Shown here one piece after another: positions 33,234 through 43,579 of a stretch of DNA of 64,000 nt. Below the pieces are notes generated by a model, which searched no databases, was not told the origin of the DNA, and saw nothing but the letters and a program-made list of their open reading frames with translations. The stretch lies in NCBI GenBank assembly GCA_034926225.1, contig JAYFRF010000004.1, forward strand, positions 40,499-104,498, read 5' to 3'. The translations under genes and the position numbers were made by a program. Position 1 is the first letter of the stretch; each line of letters starts with the position of its first letter. The stretch comes from Clostridiaceae bacterium. GTDB taxonomy: Bacteria; Bacillota; Clostridia; Oscillospirales; QAMX01.

Positions 33234-34598
33234 TTATGCGGGATCGGACTGCACCAATTCACCGACGAGATCGCCGTCGATGTCCTCGCAGATACGCACT
33301 TCAACGAAGTCGCCTTCCGAGGGACGGTTCTTTTCTGGCTTGTAGATGAAGACCTTGCCGTCGATGTCGGGGCTTTCGCCGTAGGAACGGCCGAAGAAAC
33401 AACCGGCGGCGCGGTCGTAGCCTTCGACAAGCACGGTGAGCGTGGTGCCGAGAATGCGGGCGTTGCGTTTTGCGACGACACGCTCTTGAATCTTCATGAC
33501 GGTTTCTGAGCGATGCTGCTTTTCTTCCTCGTCGATCTGATCGGGCAGCGATGCCGCGACGGTGTCTTCCTCCTGCGAATAGGGAAAGACGCCGAGCCGG
33601 TCGAACTTCTGGCGTTCGACGAAACTGCACAGCGTGGCGAAATCCTCGCGCGTTTCACCGGGGAAGCCGACAATGAGGGTCGTACGGATAATCAGGCCCG
33701 GAATCGAACGGCGGAGCCTCGCAAGGACGGCTTCGATGGACTTTTGCGTATCGCGACGGTTCATCGCGGAGAGGATATGATCGACGCAGTGCTGAATCGG
33801 GATGTCGAGGTACTTAAGAATCTTCTCCTGACGCGCGATGGTATCGATCAGGCCGTCGGTAATATCGGAGGGGTACAGGTAGTGCAGACGGATCCATCGT
33901 AAATCCCCGATTTCGCAGAGACGGTCGAGGAGGTCTGCAAGCTTCGGCTCGCCGTAAAGGTCGATACCGTAGCGGGTAATGTCCTGCGCGATGACGATCA
34001 GCTCACGGACGCCGTTTTCGACGAGATGGGTCGCTTCCTCGACGATCGCATCCATCTCCCGGCTGCGGTAGCGACCGCGCAAGGCGGGAATGACGCAGTA
34101 TGAGCAACAGTTATCGCACCCCTCTGCGATTTTGAGGTAAGCGGTATAGGCAGGCGTGGTTTGAACACGGGGTGCTTCGGCAAGCGGGGAGTCGACGGAC
34201 GCAAAGCGGGTGATCTGTTCCATGTGCCCTTCCTCGGCGGTCTCTAAAAGACGGTCGCAGACCTCGACGATATCGAGATAGGAGGCGGTGCCGATGACGG
34301 CGTCAACTTCGGGCATGGTATCGAGAACTTCCTCGCGATAGCGCTCCGCGAGACAACCGGTAACGACGACGGCGACAAGCGCGCCGGTATCGCGGCTTTT
34401 AGCAAGCTCGAGGATCGTATCGATGCTTTCCTTTTTCGCATCCTCGATGAAAGCGCAGGTGTTGATGATCGCGACATCGGCTTCATCCGGGTCCTCCACA
34501 AGCTCGTAGCCCGCTTCAAATAGACGCGCCAGCATCTGTTCGGCGTCGCAGAGGTTTTTAGCGCAGCCGAGGGACTGTATCGTGAACTTTTTACTCAT
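33234..34598 (-). CDS. rimO: Ribosomal protein S12 methylthiotransferase
   Basis: SLGCAKN, INTCAFI, TGCL, radical-SAM motif EGCDNCCSYC, YLYP, YLDIPIQH, TRAM domain with SPDIDG. Real start at ATG 34598. Confidence 0.95.
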   Translation of the reverse strand: MSKKFTIQSLGCAKNLCDAEQMLARLFEAGYELVEDPDEADVAIINTCAFIEDAKKESIDTILELAKSRDTGALVAVVVTGCLAERYREEVLDTMPEVDAVIGTASYLDIVEVCDRLLETAEEGHMEQITRFASVDSPLAEAPRVQTTPAYTAYLKIAEGCDNCCSYCVIPALRGRYRSREMDAIVEEATHLVENGVRELIVIAQDITRYGIDLYGEPKLADLLDRLCEIGDLRWIRLHYLYPSDITDGLIDTIARQEKILKYLDIPIQHCVDHILSAMNRRDTQKSIEAVLARLRRSIPGLIIRTTLIVGFPGETREDFATLCSFVERQKFDRLGVFPYSQEEDTVAASLPDQIDEEEKQHRSETVMKIQERVVAKRNARILGTTLTVLVEGYDRAAGCFFGRSYGESPDIDGKVFIYKPEKNRPSEGDFVEVRICEDIDGDLVGELVQSDPA

Positions 34599-35061
34599 CT
34601 TCGAATACTCCGTCCTGAGCGCCGCAGACGCGTCCGAGCGCTCGATTGATCTCGTTGATTGAAAAGCCGCGGCGAAGGAGGGCGGCTGTGGCGCGCCGAC
34701 GTGCGGATACATCCTCATCTCCACGCAGAAATTTCATTGCAAGCGCATCTAGCGCGTCATCGTTTTCGGGAAGCGCGGAGAGCGCGGCACGGATCGGTTC
34801 GTCATCAAGCCCATGCGCCCGCAGACGTGAAAACAGAGCGCGTTTCCCGTAGCCGCGCGCGGCGTAACGGCGCACGAGACTCTCGGCATAAGCGGGTTCA
34901 TCGATAAAATGAAGCTCGGTTATGCGATCGACGGCGGCATCAGCGTCTGTCGGCTCGAACCCGCGCCGCAGGAGTGCATTCCGCAGCTCGGCGCGGGACA
35001 TGGCACGCATGGCGAGCAGGCGGATAGCGGTGGCGTAGGGGCTTTGATCATCCGTTTTCAT
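34591..35061 (-). CDS. recX: Regulatory protein RecX
   Basis: Directly downstream of recA; [12 protein letters not shown]...L, IDE.AYA, L.RRGFS. Start at ATG 35061. Confidence 0.85.
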   Translation of the reverse strand: MKTDDQSPYATAIRLLAMRAMSRAELRNALLRRGFEPTDADAAVDRITELHFIDEPAYAESLVRRYAARGYGKRALFSRLRAHGLDDEPIRAALSALPENDDALDALAMKFLRGDEDVSARRRATAALLRRGFSINEINRALGRVCGAQDGVFEDE

Positions 35062-36160
35062 CTTCATTGAAATCATCAGCATCGACGGCGACAGGGTCGG
35101 CGGCCGCCGAGGATGCCTCGAAGGGTTTAGACTTCGTCGCGGCATTGACGATATCGGCGCGCAGCTTCGCGGCGTCTTCGGGGTTTTCCTTGTAGTACTG
35201 AATCGCTTTTTCACGTCCCTGCCCTAAGCGGACGGAACCGGCGGAGAACCATGCGCCGCTCTTTTGGACAAAGCCGTATTGCAGGCCGAGATCGACAAGC
35301 TCGGCATAAGGGGAGATACCTTCGCCGAAGATAATATCAAACTCCGCGATGCGGAAGGGAGGCGCGACCTTGTTTTTTACGACCTTGGCGCGGATATGGT
35401 TACCGATGTTCTCGGTACCGCTCTTAACGAATTCCGTGCGGCGGATATCGATGCGGACGCTGGCGTAATATTTCAGGGCTCTGCCGCCGGTCGTCGTCTC
35501 AGTCGGGCCGCCGTAGCTGGGCATGCCGCCGATCTTTTCGCGGAGCTGGTTGATGAACAGGACGATGCAGTTGGTCTTGGCGATACCGCCGGCAAGCTTA
35601 CGCAGCGCTTGTGACATCAGACGAGCGTGCATGCCCATAAAGCTGTCGCCCATTTCGCCTTCGATTTCGGCGCGCGGTACGAGGGCGGCAACAGAGTCTA
35701 CGACGACGATATCCACGGCGCCGGAGCGGACGAGAGATTCTGTAATATCCAGCGCCTGCTCGCCGTTGTCCGGCTGCGAGACGAGGAGAGAATCGATGTT
35801 GACGCCGAGGGCTTTGGCATAGACGGGGTCAAGCGCATGTTCCGCGTCGATGTAAGCCGCCTCACCGCCCATCTTCTGCGCCTGCGCGACGATATGCAGG
35901 GCGAGGGTGGTTTTACCGGACGCTTCCGGGCCATAGACCTCGACGATACGGCCGCGCGGTACGCCACCGATACCGAGGGCGATATCGAGCGCGAGAGAGC
36001 CAGTGGGGACAGCCGCAACATTCATGTTGACATTGTCTCCCAGACGCATGATCGCGCCTTTGCCGTAGGTCTTTTCAAGATGAGAAAGCGCCGTTTCAAG
36101 AGCTTTTTGCTTATCCTCTACATGCTTATATGAGATTTCGGTCTTCTTTTTTTCAGCCAT
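35048..36160 (-). CDS. recA: Recombinase RecA
   Basis: [80 protein letters not shown]. Confidence 0.99.
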   Translation of the reverse strand: MAEKKKTEISYKHVEDKQKALETALSHLEKTYGKGAIMRLGDNVNMNVAAVPTGSLALDIALGIGGVPRGRIVEVYGPEASGKTTLALHIVAQAQKMGGEAAYIDAEHALDPVYAKALGVNIDSLLVSQPDNGEQALDITESLVRSGAVDIVVVDSVAALVPRAEIEGEMGDSFMGMHARLMSQALRKLAGGIAKTNCIVLFINQLREKIGGMPSYGGPTETTTGGRALKYYASVRIDIRRTEFVKSGTENIGNHIRAKVVKNKVAPPFRIAEFDIIFGEGISPYAELVDLGLQYGFVQKSGAWFSAGSVRLGQGREKAIQYYKENPEDAAKLRADIVNAATKSKPFEASSAAADPVAVDADDFNEDENG

Positions 36161-36175
36161 ACGACACTTTCCTTT

Positions 36176-37036
36176 CTATAACAAAACAGCGGTCACAACA
36201 CGATCGTGTCCGGATAAATCTTGCCCGGTTTCGATCCCGGTAAAACCGTTACGCTCAAGGATTGCGGTAACATCGGCGGCTTGCTCCATGCCGATCTCGA
36301 AAACGATGCGTCCGCCGGGGAGAAGAAGGGATTTCCAATAGGCGCAAATGGAGCGGTAGAAGTTTAGTCCGTCGCTGCCGCCGTAGAGCGCGAGGGTCGG
36401 CTCGAATGCGGCGACCTCCACATCGAGTACGCTCAGCTCGTCGGCACTGACGTAGGGAGGGTTCGAGACGATCAGATCAAACGGACCGATATCGGAAGGC
36501 GGCTCGTCGAGCGCGTCAGCGGATACTACATCGGCACGTCCGGAGAAGCCTAAGAAGTCAAGATTTTTTCGTGTGACCTCCAACGCGGGCTCGGAGACAT
36601 CCACAAAGGTGACGTCCGCCGCCGTATGCTGGAGGATAGCCGCGCCGATACAGCCAGAGCCGCAGCAGAGGTCGAGCACGCGGGAGTAGCGATGCTCACG
36701 GATAAGCTTGACCGCGTGGAGGACGACGGTTTCGGTATCGGAACGCGGGACTAGAACGTCCTTTGTCACGATTAGGTTCAAGCCGCAAAAATCCCACTCA
36801 CCCAACAGGTACGCCAAGGGTTCCCCGCAGAGACGACGCTCAAGGAGGCCGGTCAGCTTGCCTTCGGCGTCGGCAGGGGCGGGCTCACGGTAGCGGGACT
36901 GGATGGAATTCGCGTCGATGTGGTCGCCGCAGAGACGGCCCGAGAGCGCGACGATCTCCCGGGTCTCCAGATCGGGCATCGGCAGCCCCGAGAGGGCGTC
37001 AAACGCCGTGTCATACAGCTCACGGTAGGTACTCAC
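36176..37036 (-). CDS. prmC: Release factor glutamine methyltransferase
   Basis: EPLAYLLG.WDF, VLVPRSDTE, LDLCCGSGCI, VSNPPY, FEP..ALYGG.DGL.FYR. Confidence 0.95.
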   Translation of the reverse strand: MSTYRELYDTAFDALSGLPMPDLETREIVALSGRLCGDHIDANSIQSRYREPAPADAEGKLTGLLERRLCGEPLAYLLGEWDFCGLNLIVTKDVLVPRSDTETVVLHAVKLIREHRYSRVLDLCCGSGCIGAAILQHTAADVTFVDVSEPALEVTRKNLDFLGFSGRADVVSADALDEPPSDIGPFDLIVSNPPYVSADELSVLDVEVAAFEPTLALYGGSDGLNFYRSICAYWKSLLLPGGRIVFEIGMEQAADVTAILERNGFTGIETGQDLSGHDRVVTAVLL

Positions 37037-37974
37037 CAGCGATCAGCCCCCGTTTCCGCCGGAATCACGGCCTTCAATGCGGTGATCGCGACCTCGAGCA
37101 TGGAATCGTCGGGTTCGCGGGTGGTCAGTTTCTGGAGCCAGAGCCCGGGCGCGCGGACGGCGCGGGTAAAGGCGTTGTCATGGCGTCCGACAGCGCGGTT
37201 GATTTCATAGCTGATGGCGACGACGACGGGGAGGAGTACTAGCCGCAGCGCAAGGCGTATCAGGGGATTGGACCAGCTTACGACGGAGAAGACGAGAATG
37301 CTGACGATCATGACGACAAGCAGGAAGCTCGTGCCGCAGCGAGGGTGTTCCTTTTTACAGCCGCGGGCATTTTCGACGGTCAGCTCCGCGCCGCTTTCGT
37401 AGCAGGCGATGGACTTATGTTCCGCGCCGTGGTACTCAAAGGTACGCTGTATATCCTTCATGTGGGAGATAGAGAACATAAACAGAAGAAAGAGGATGAT
37501 ACGGATGGCGCCCTCGCAGAGATTGCGGAGAATGCCGGAGCCAATGAAGCGGTCGAGGGTACCGGCGAGCAGTGTCGGCAGGAAGAAAAAGAGGACGATA
37601 GGGAGGGCGACGCCGAGGATGGCGGAGAAGGTCATCAAAAGATCGTTAAAGCGCTTTGTACCGAGTCGACGTTCCAGACGGCTGGGGGCTTCGGTATTCT
37701 GGACGGTTTCGAAGGCGGTGTCGGCGGAGTAGAACAGCGCCCGGACGCCCTGAAGCATGGAGGAACCGAAGCTATAGACGCCGCGGATGAAGTACCAGTT
37801 CAGGATCGCGGGTTTTTTGCCCTTTCGCAGCGGCTCGGTCTTTTCGACGAGGGTACCGTCCTCGCGGCGGACGACGATGGAGGACTTGTCCGGGCCGCGC
37901 ATCATAATGCCTTCAATGAGCGCCTGACCGCCGATGAGAGTGCGGAAGCAGGCACGGGAATCAGTTTGTTTCAT
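37033..37974 (-). CDS. DUF1385 (YqhQ-like) membrane protein, putative metal-dependent
   Basis: IGGQALIEGIMMRG, FEYHGAEHKSI, HPRCGTSF, PGLWLQKLTTREP. Start at ATG 37974. Confidence 0.9.
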   Translation of the reverse strand: MKQTDSRACFRTLIGGQALIEGIMMRGPDKSSIVVRREDGTLVEKTEPLRKGKKPAILNWYFIRGVYSFGSSMLQGVRALFYSADTAFETVQNTEAPSRLERRLGTKRFNDLLMTFSAILGVALPIVLFFFLPTLLAGTLDRFIGSGILRNLCEGAIRIILFLLFMFSISHMKDIQRTFEYHGAEHKSIACYESGAELTVENARGCKKEHPRCGTSFLLVVMIVSILVFSVVSWSNPLIRLALRLVLLPVVVAISYEINRAVGRHDNAFTRAVRAPGLWLQKLTTREPDDSMLEVAITALKAVIPAETGADRW

Positions 37975-38026
37975 AAACACCTCGGGAGAAAAAGTGAAAC
38001 CCGCGAGCGGGAATCCAAACATTAGT

Positions 38027-38055
38027 ATTATACCAAAAAAGTAAGCGCATTGCAA
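38027..38055 (-). promoter_or_regulatory. sigma-A promoter of the DUF1385-prmC-recA operon
   Basis: Minus strand TTGCAA-17 bp-TATAAT. Confidence 0.7.
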
Positions 38056-38056
38056 C

Positions 38057-38086
38057 AAAAAAAACGCCTCAAAAGAGACGTTTTTT
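38057..38086 (-). terminator. Intrinsic terminator after rnc
   Basis: AAAAAACGTCTC-tttt-GAGGCGTTTTTTTT on the minus strand. Confidence 0.6.
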
Positions 38087-38121
38087 CATTTTGCATTTCA
38101 AATACCGCGAAAATGTGAAAA

Positions 38122-38823
38122 TCAAACGTCTTCTCCCATCAGACGAAGCGCCTGACGCGCGGCATCTTGCTCGGCGGCCTTTTTTGAGTGGCCGGTACCG
38201 ATGGCGAAAACGTTGGAGTTCAATAAAAGCTCGATGGTAAAGCTTTTCTCGTGATCGGGGCCTTCCGTGTCGGCAAGACGGTAGGAAAGGGTTTCCTCAC
38301 GGTTTTTCTGCACGATTTCCTGGAGCAGGGTCTTATAATCGTTGGATTGGCCATGCCCGGCAGCGGCGGCTACGTTGGCACGGGTAAAGCTGAGGATGAA
38401 CGCGCGGGCGGGATCCCAACCACCGTCGAGATAGATGGCGCCGATGATGGCTTCGACGGCATCGGCGAGGATGGACGGACGTTCGCGGCCGCCGGAGAGA
38501 TCCTCTCCGCGGCCTAAAAGCAGATACTGAGAAAGACCGACGGCGAGTGCTTCCCGGTGCAGCGCTTCCTCGCAGACGACGGAGGCGCGCAGACGTGTCA
38601 GATCGCCTTCGGGCATATCGGGGAAGGTACGGAAGATATAGTCGGCGGTGACGGTATTCAGGATGGCATCGCCAAGGAACTCCAGCCGCTCATTAGAACG
38701 GGTGTGCGGGGAGCTGCGTTTTCCCGAGCGGCGTTCATTGGCGTAGGAGCTGTGGGAGAGCGCGGTGTGCAGCAGATTTGCATCGCGGAAGCGGTAACCG
38801 ATGGCATTTTGCAAATTTTCCAT
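38122..38823 (-). CDS. rnc: Ribonuclease III
   Basis: NERLEFLGDAIL, EGDLT.LRA..V, LADAVEAIIGAIYLD, dsRBD DYKTLLQE...GPDHEK.F...SKKAAEQ.AA. Confidence 0.97.
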   Translation of the reverse strand: MENLQNAIGYRFRDANLLHTALSHSSYANERRSGKRSSPHTRSNERLEFLGDAILNTVTADYIFRTFPDMPEGDLTRLRASVVCEEALHREALAVGLSQYLLLGRGEDLSGGRERPSILADAVEAIIGAIYLDGGWDPARAFILSFTRANVAAAAGHGQSNDYKTLLQEIVQKNREETLSYRLADTEGPDHEKSFTIELLLNSNVFAIGTGHSKKAAEQDAARQALRLMGEDV

Positions 38824-38832
38824 AACGAATCC

Positions 38833-39069
38833 TTATTTGTCGATGCGTTCGGCAATGAAATCGACGACGTCTCCGACGGTCTTGAAGTGTTCCACGTCCT
38901 CGTCAGCTAGGTTTTCGAGGTCGAACTCCTCCTCGAGTGCCATGACAAACTCGACGGCGTCGAGAGAATCGGCGCTGAGGTCGGATTCAAAATCGGTATC
39001 GAGGGTGACGCTGTCTTCCTCGACGGAGAACTGCTCGGCAATGAGACGTTTGAGAACATCCAGAATCAT
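38833..39069 (-). CDS. acpP: Acyl carrier protein
   Basis: DL.ADSLDAVEFVMALEEEF (phosphopantetheine Ser); acidic 78 aa protein in the plsX-acpP-rnc cluster. Confidence 0.95.
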   Translation of the reverse strand: MILDVLKRLIAEQFSVEEDSVTLDTDFESDLSADSLDAVEFVMALEEEFDLENLADEDVEHFKTVGDVVDFIAERIDK

Positions 39070-39085
39070 AACAAAGGCACCTCCT

Positions 39086-40099
39086 TTATTTCGCGGTTTT
39101 CAAGGAGCCGAGGGCGCGAGTCATATTGTCAATGGCGCCGCTTTCGCAGAATCGGACGGTCTGCGCGATGGCGGAAGCGAAGGCGCGGGCATCGGAGGAG
39201 CCGTGCGCCTTGATGACGGGCTTGCGGATCCCGAGGATCGGTGCGCCGCCGACCTCCCTGTAGTCCATGCGGGACTTTAATTCATACAGACCGGAACGCA
39301 GAGAAAGAGCGGCAAGCTTCGTCGTGGCGTTTTTCATCAGCATCGCCTTGATCTGCCCGGCAAAGTAGAGTCCGACGCCTTCGAAGGTCTTGAGGATCAG
39401 GTTACCGGTGAAGCCGTCGGCGATATAGACGTCCGCGGCGCCGCTCGGCAGATCGCGGCCTTCGACGTTGCCGACAAAGTTGAGAAGGCCTTCCTCGGCG
39501 GCGGCTTTGAGAAGCTGATGCGTTTCGACGTAGAGGGGCGGTCCCTTTTTCGCTTCGGTGCCGTTGTTGATTAGGCCGACGCGGGGAGAAGGGATGCCCA
39601 TGGTACCGGCAACGAAAGCGCTGCCCATATAGGCGAACTGCACGAGCATTTCGGGGGTGCATTCGACGTTCGCGCCGCAGTCCATGAGAAGGGAGTGTCC
39701 CTTGACGTTTGGAAGAATCGCACCGAGAGCGCCGCGGCGCGCTCCGGGAATACGGCGCACCAGAAGCGTTGCGCCGGTCAGCAGCGCGCCCGTATTGCCG
39801 GCGGAGATCACGGCGTCGCCTTCATCGTCCGCGACAGCATTCAGTGCGACGACCATGGAGGACTGTTTTTTGTCGCGGATTGCACCTACGGGATCGTCCG
39901 CCATCGTGATGACGTCCTGCGCGTCGCGAATGCTCAGACCGTTGCGGGAAACGCCCGAGGTACGGATGGCGTCTTCAAGTGCATCGGTCTTCCCGACGAG
40001 CATGACCTCAATGCCATGGCTTTCTACGGCGGCTGCGGCGCCAACGACCGCGGGCTGAGCGCCCAGATCGCCGCTCATGCAATCGAGTATGATTTTCAA
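39086..40099 (-). CDS. plsX: Phosphate acyltransferase PlsX
   Basis: LDCMSGD, ISAGNTGA, DCGAN, GLINNGTE..KG, NFVGNVEG, ADGFTGN..LK..EG, GGAP.LG, KAHGSS. Confidence 0.96.
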   Translation of the reverse strand: MKIILDCMSGDLGAQPAVVGAAAAVESHGIEVMLVGKTDALEDAIRTSGVSRNGLSIRDAQDVITMADDPVGAIRDKKQSSMVVALNAVADDEGDAVISAGNTGALLTGATLLVRRIPGARRGALGAILPNVKGHSLLMDCGANVECTPEMLVQFAYMGSAFVAGTMGIPSPRVGLINNGTEAKKGPPLYVETHQLLKAAAEEGLLNFVGNVEGRDLPSGAADVYIADGFTGNLILKTFEGVGLYFAGQIKAMLMKNATTKLAALSLRSGLYELKSRMDYREVGGAPILGIRKPVIKAHGSSDARAFASAIAQTVRFCESGAIDNMTRALGSLKTAK

Positions 40100-40132
40100 G
40101 ACAGGAACCCTCCTTTTATAGGATAGTATCGG

Positions 40133-41434
40133 TTATACGAGGGTTTCGAGCATCCCGCTTAGAGTATCGAGCGCGCGGATGCAAAGAAGTATTTTCCGGT
40201 CACGGCGTTTGGCGCGGGCGGGAAGCGGCTCGAGGATGCCGAAATTGATGTTCATCGGCTGGAAATCGCCGGTTTCGGGCCCTTCAGAGATATAATGTGC
40301 GAGCGCGCCGACGGCGGTGCATCGGGTAAAGTCGGGCTCAGGCTTTCCGCTCAGGTTATGGGCAAGCGTCAGTCCCGCGACAAGGCCGGAGGCGGCGGAT
40401 TCGATGTACCCTTCGACGCCGGTCATCTGACCGGCAAAACGGATGCGGCGGTCGGTGCGCAGCGCATAAGACGCGTCGAGAAGCGCTGGGGAGTTGAGGA
40501 AGGTGTTGCGGTGCATGACGCCGTAACGGGCAAATTCGGCGTGCGAAAGCCCCGGGATCATCGAGAAGACGCGTTTTTGCTCTGGATGACGCAGATGGGT
40601 CTGGAAGCCGACGAGGTTATAGAGCGTCCCGTCCGCATTATCACGGCGGAGTTGGACGACGGCAAACGGCATCTTCCCCGTATGCGGGTCACAGAGTCCT
40701 ACGGGCTTAAGCGGGCCAAACGCGAGCGTCATCTTCCCGCGATGCGCCATGACCTCGACGGGCATGCAGCCTTCGAAGACCATGGATTCCTCGAAGCCAT
40801 GCACAGGGGCGGCTTCGGCGGCGGACAGTGCTTCCCAGAAGGCGCTGTACTCTTCTTCAGTCATCGGGCAGTTGATATAGTCCGGCGTACCGCGGTGATA
40901 ACGGGCGGCGAGGAAGGCACGGGACATGTCGATACTGTCGAGCGTGACAAGAGGGGCGGACGCGTCGTAGAACTGGAGCGGGGTACCGCAGAGGGAAGAA
41001 ATTGCATCGGCTAGCGCACCGCCGGTCAGAGGACCGGACGCGATGATGCAGCTGCCGTCGGGGATGGCGACACATTCGCGGGATTCGGAGGTGATGTTGC
41101 GGCAGGCACGGATACGCTGGGTGACGAGACGGGTAAAGCCATCCCGATCGACCGCGAGAGCGCCGCCCGCATCGACTTTGGACGCGTCTGCGCAGGAGAG
41201 AATGAGCGAGTCGAGCATGCGCAGCTCCGCCTTTAAGAGCCCGGGACCGGTGCCGAGATTATCGGCGCGCAGGGAGTTGGAACAGACAAGCTCGGCGAAG
41301 GTATCGGCGTGATGGGCAGGGGAGCGGAGGAGAGGTTTTTGCTCGATTAAGCGGACAGGAATGCCGCGTTTGGCGAGCTGCCACGCCGCTTCACATCCGG
41401 CAAGACCCGCGCCGACGACGGTGACCTCGCTCAT
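40133..41434 (-). CDS. trmFO: tRNA (uracil-5)-methyltransferase, FAD/folate-dependent
   Basis: VVGAGLAGCEAAWQL, AELVCSNSL, GGALAVDR, FEGCMPVE, NLVGFQT.L, RYGVMHRNTF, AGQMTGVEGY.ESAASG. Confidence 0.96.
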   Translation of the reverse strand: MSEVTVVGAGLAGCEAAWQLAKRGIPVRLIEQKPLLRSPAHHADTFAELVCSNSLRADNLGTGPGLLKAELRMLDSLILSCADASKVDAGGALAVDRDGFTRLVTQRIRACRNITSESRECVAIPDGSCIIASGPLTGGALADAISSLCGTPLQFYDASAPLVTLDSIDMSRAFLAARYHRGTPDYINCPMTEEEYSAFWEALSAAEAAPVHGFEESMVFEGCMPVEVMAHRGKMTLAFGPLKPVGLCDPHTGKMPFAVVQLRRDNADGTLYNLVGFQTHLRHPEQKRVFSMIPGLSHAEFARYGVMHRNTFLNSPALLDASYALRTDRRIRFAGQMTGVEGYIESAASGLVAGLTLAHNLSGKPEPDFTRCTAVGALAHYISEGPETGDFQPMNINFGILEPLPARAKRRDRKILLCIRALDTLSGMLETLV

Positions 41435-43554
41435 GCGTCCTTCTCCTTTTGCTCCTGCTTATAGCCGCAGCCTTCCGCAAGGCAGCGGGTGTCGCGTTCG
41501 CCGTGGAAGCTGTGTTTAAAGAGAGTTTTGCCGCATTTGGGACAGACATCGGAAAGCGGGGTATCCCAGGTGATGAAGGAGCAACCGGCGTCCTTGCCGC
41601 GATTATTTTCGCAGATGAAGAACGCGCGCTTTTTCTTGGAGAAACGCTTGATCACACGACCGCCGCAGATGGGGCATTTACCGCCGGTATCGTCGACGAT
41701 GGGCTTCGTGTTTTTGCATTCCGGATAGCCGGGGCATGCTAGAAACTTGCCGAAACGACCGGTTTTGATCACCATTTTCCGTCCGCAAAGCTCGCATACC
41801 TCATCGGACTCTTCTACAGGCACCTGCACGCGCTCGGTCATTTCCTTTTCGGCGCGAGACAGCTCCTCGGAGAAGCCGTCATAGAAGCCGCCGATGAGCG
41901 CTTTCCACGGCTCTTCGCCGGATTCGACGCGGTCGAGAGAATTCTCCATTTCCGCGGTGAACTTGATGTTCACAATGTCGGGGAAACGCTCAATCATCAG
42001 ATCGGTAACCGTTTCGCCTAAGGGTGTCGGACGGAGGGCTTTTCCCTCGCGCTCAATGTAGTCGCGGTCGAGTATGGTGGAGATCGTCGGGGCGTAGGTG
42101 GACGGGCGGCCGATGCCCTTTTCCTCCATCGTTTTGATGAGGGAGGCTTCGTTGTAGCGGGGCGGCGGCTCGGTGAAGTGCTGATCCGGAATAAGGGAGA
42201 TGAGCTTTAAAGCGTCGCCTTCTGCAAGCTCCGGCAGCGATACCGCTTTTTCATCATCGTCGCCTTTTTCCTCGTAAAGCGCGGTATAACCGGCAAATTT
42301 AAGCGTCTGGCCTGACGCCCGGAAGACGTGGATATTCTCGCCGGCGGCAGCATTGATTTCGACGCTGATCGTATCGTAGACGGCGGCGGCCATCTGACAG
42401 GAGACGAAACGCTCCCAGATGAGCTTATAGACGCGGTACTGATCACTTGTAAGGTCGGCTTTGAGATCGGCGGGGGTGAGGGTCACGTCGGTGGGGCGGA
42501 TGGCCTCATGCGCATCCTGAGAGGAGGATTTGGCCTTAAACGCGCGAGGTTCCCGGGGGCGGTAGTCCGCGCCGAAGTGTTCCTCGATATACGCGCGTCC
42601 GGATTGCACGGCTTCGTCGGAGAGACGGACAGAATCGGTACGCATATAGGTGATCAGACCGGTAAGCCCGCGCCCGGACAGCTCAACGCCTTCATAAAGA
42701 GACTGCGCGACGGCCATGGTGCGCTTGGAGGGCATCGAAAGCCTGCGGGACGCGTCCTGCTGGAGGGTGGAGGTGGTGAAGGGAGGCGGGGGCTGACGGC
42801 GCTTTTCACTCTTTTTGACTTTGGATACGGTGAAAGGGGCGCTTTCCAATGCGGCTTTGAGTGACTGTGCCTCATCTTCATTGTGCAGATCGATCTTTTC
42901 GATGGCTTTGTCGTCCGAAAGACGTCCGAAATACTTCGCTTCAAAAACCCGACTCGTACCCCGGCGGAGCTTCGCACCGAGCGTCCAGTACTCGACCGGG
43001 ACAAACGCGCGGATCTCCCGTTCGCGATCAACGACAAGGCGTGTGACAACGGACTGTACACGGCCTGCGGAAAGCCCGCGGCGGATTTTTTTCCAAAGGA
43101 AGGGTGATAACTTATAACCGACGATGCGGTCGAGTACACGGCGAGCCTGCTGTGCATCGACGAGGGAAGCGTCGATGCGCCGGGGCGCTTCGATACCGGC
43201 ACGGACGGCGGATTTGGTGATTTCATTGAACGTAACGCGGTTGGTCAGATCGTCGGACAGACCCAAGAGATACGCAAGGTGCCAGGAAATAGCTTCGCCT
43301 TCGCGGTCGGGGTCGGTCGCCAGATAAACAAAGTCGCTTTTTGCGGCGGCTTTACGTAATTCTCGAATCAGGTCTTCCTTTTTAGGCATCGGGACATACG
43401 TTGGCTCGAAGTCGTGTTCCGTGTCCACGCCGAGCTTTTTTTCCGGCAGATCACGGACATGCCCCATCGACGCCATGACGTCGAAGTCGGCGCCGAGGTA
43501 TTTCGCGATGGTTTTCGCCTTCGCGGGGGACTCCACGATTACAAGTTTTCCCAT
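41431..43554 (-). CDS. topA: DNA topoisomerase I
   Basis: TOPRIM VIVESPAK, ATDPDREGEAI, SAGRVQS, ITYMRTDS (catalytic Tyr), GIGRPSTY, three C-terminal zinc ribbons. Confidence 0.98.
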   Translation of the reverse strand: MGKLVIVESPAKAKTIAKYLGADFDVMASMGHVRDLPEKKLGVDTEHDFEPTYVPMPKKEDLIRELRKAAAKSDFVYLATDPDREGEAISWHLAYLLGLSDDLTNRVTFNEITKSAVRAGIEAPRRIDASLVDAQQARRVLDRIVGYKLSPFLWKKIRRGLSAGRVQSVVTRLVVDREREIRAFVPVEYWTLGAKLRRGTSRVFEAKYFGRLSDDKAIEKIDLHNEDEAQSLKAALESAPFTVSKVKKSEKRRQPPPPFTTSTLQQDASRRLSMPSKRTMAVAQSLYEGVELSGRGLTGLITYMRTDSVRLSDEAVQSGRAYIEEHFGADYRPREPRAFKAKSSSQDAHEAIRPTDVTLTPADLKADLTSDQYRVYKLIWERFVSCQMAAAVYDTISVEINAAAGENIHVFRASGQTLKFAGYTALYEEKGDDDEKAVSLPELAEGDALKLISLIPDQHFTEPPPRYNEASLIKTMEEKGIGRPSTYAPTISTILDRDYIEREGKALRPTPLGETVTDLMIERFPDIVNIKFTAEMENSLDRVESGEEPWKALIGGFYDGFSEELSRAEKEMTERVQVPVEESDEVCELCGRKMVIKTGRFGKFLACPGYPECKNTKPIVDDTGGKCPICGGRVIKRFSKKKRAFFICENNRGKDAGCSFITWDTPLSDVCPKCGKTLFKHSFHGERDTRCLAEGCGYKQEQKEKDA

Positions 43555-43579
43555 ATTTACTCCTTTATTATGAACGCGT

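Noticed and set aside
36176-37974. Absence of prfA next to prmC, and of cinA next to pgsA/recA, as gene loss
   Set aside because: Gene-order shuffling is common in Clostridia, and those genes may lie outside the window.
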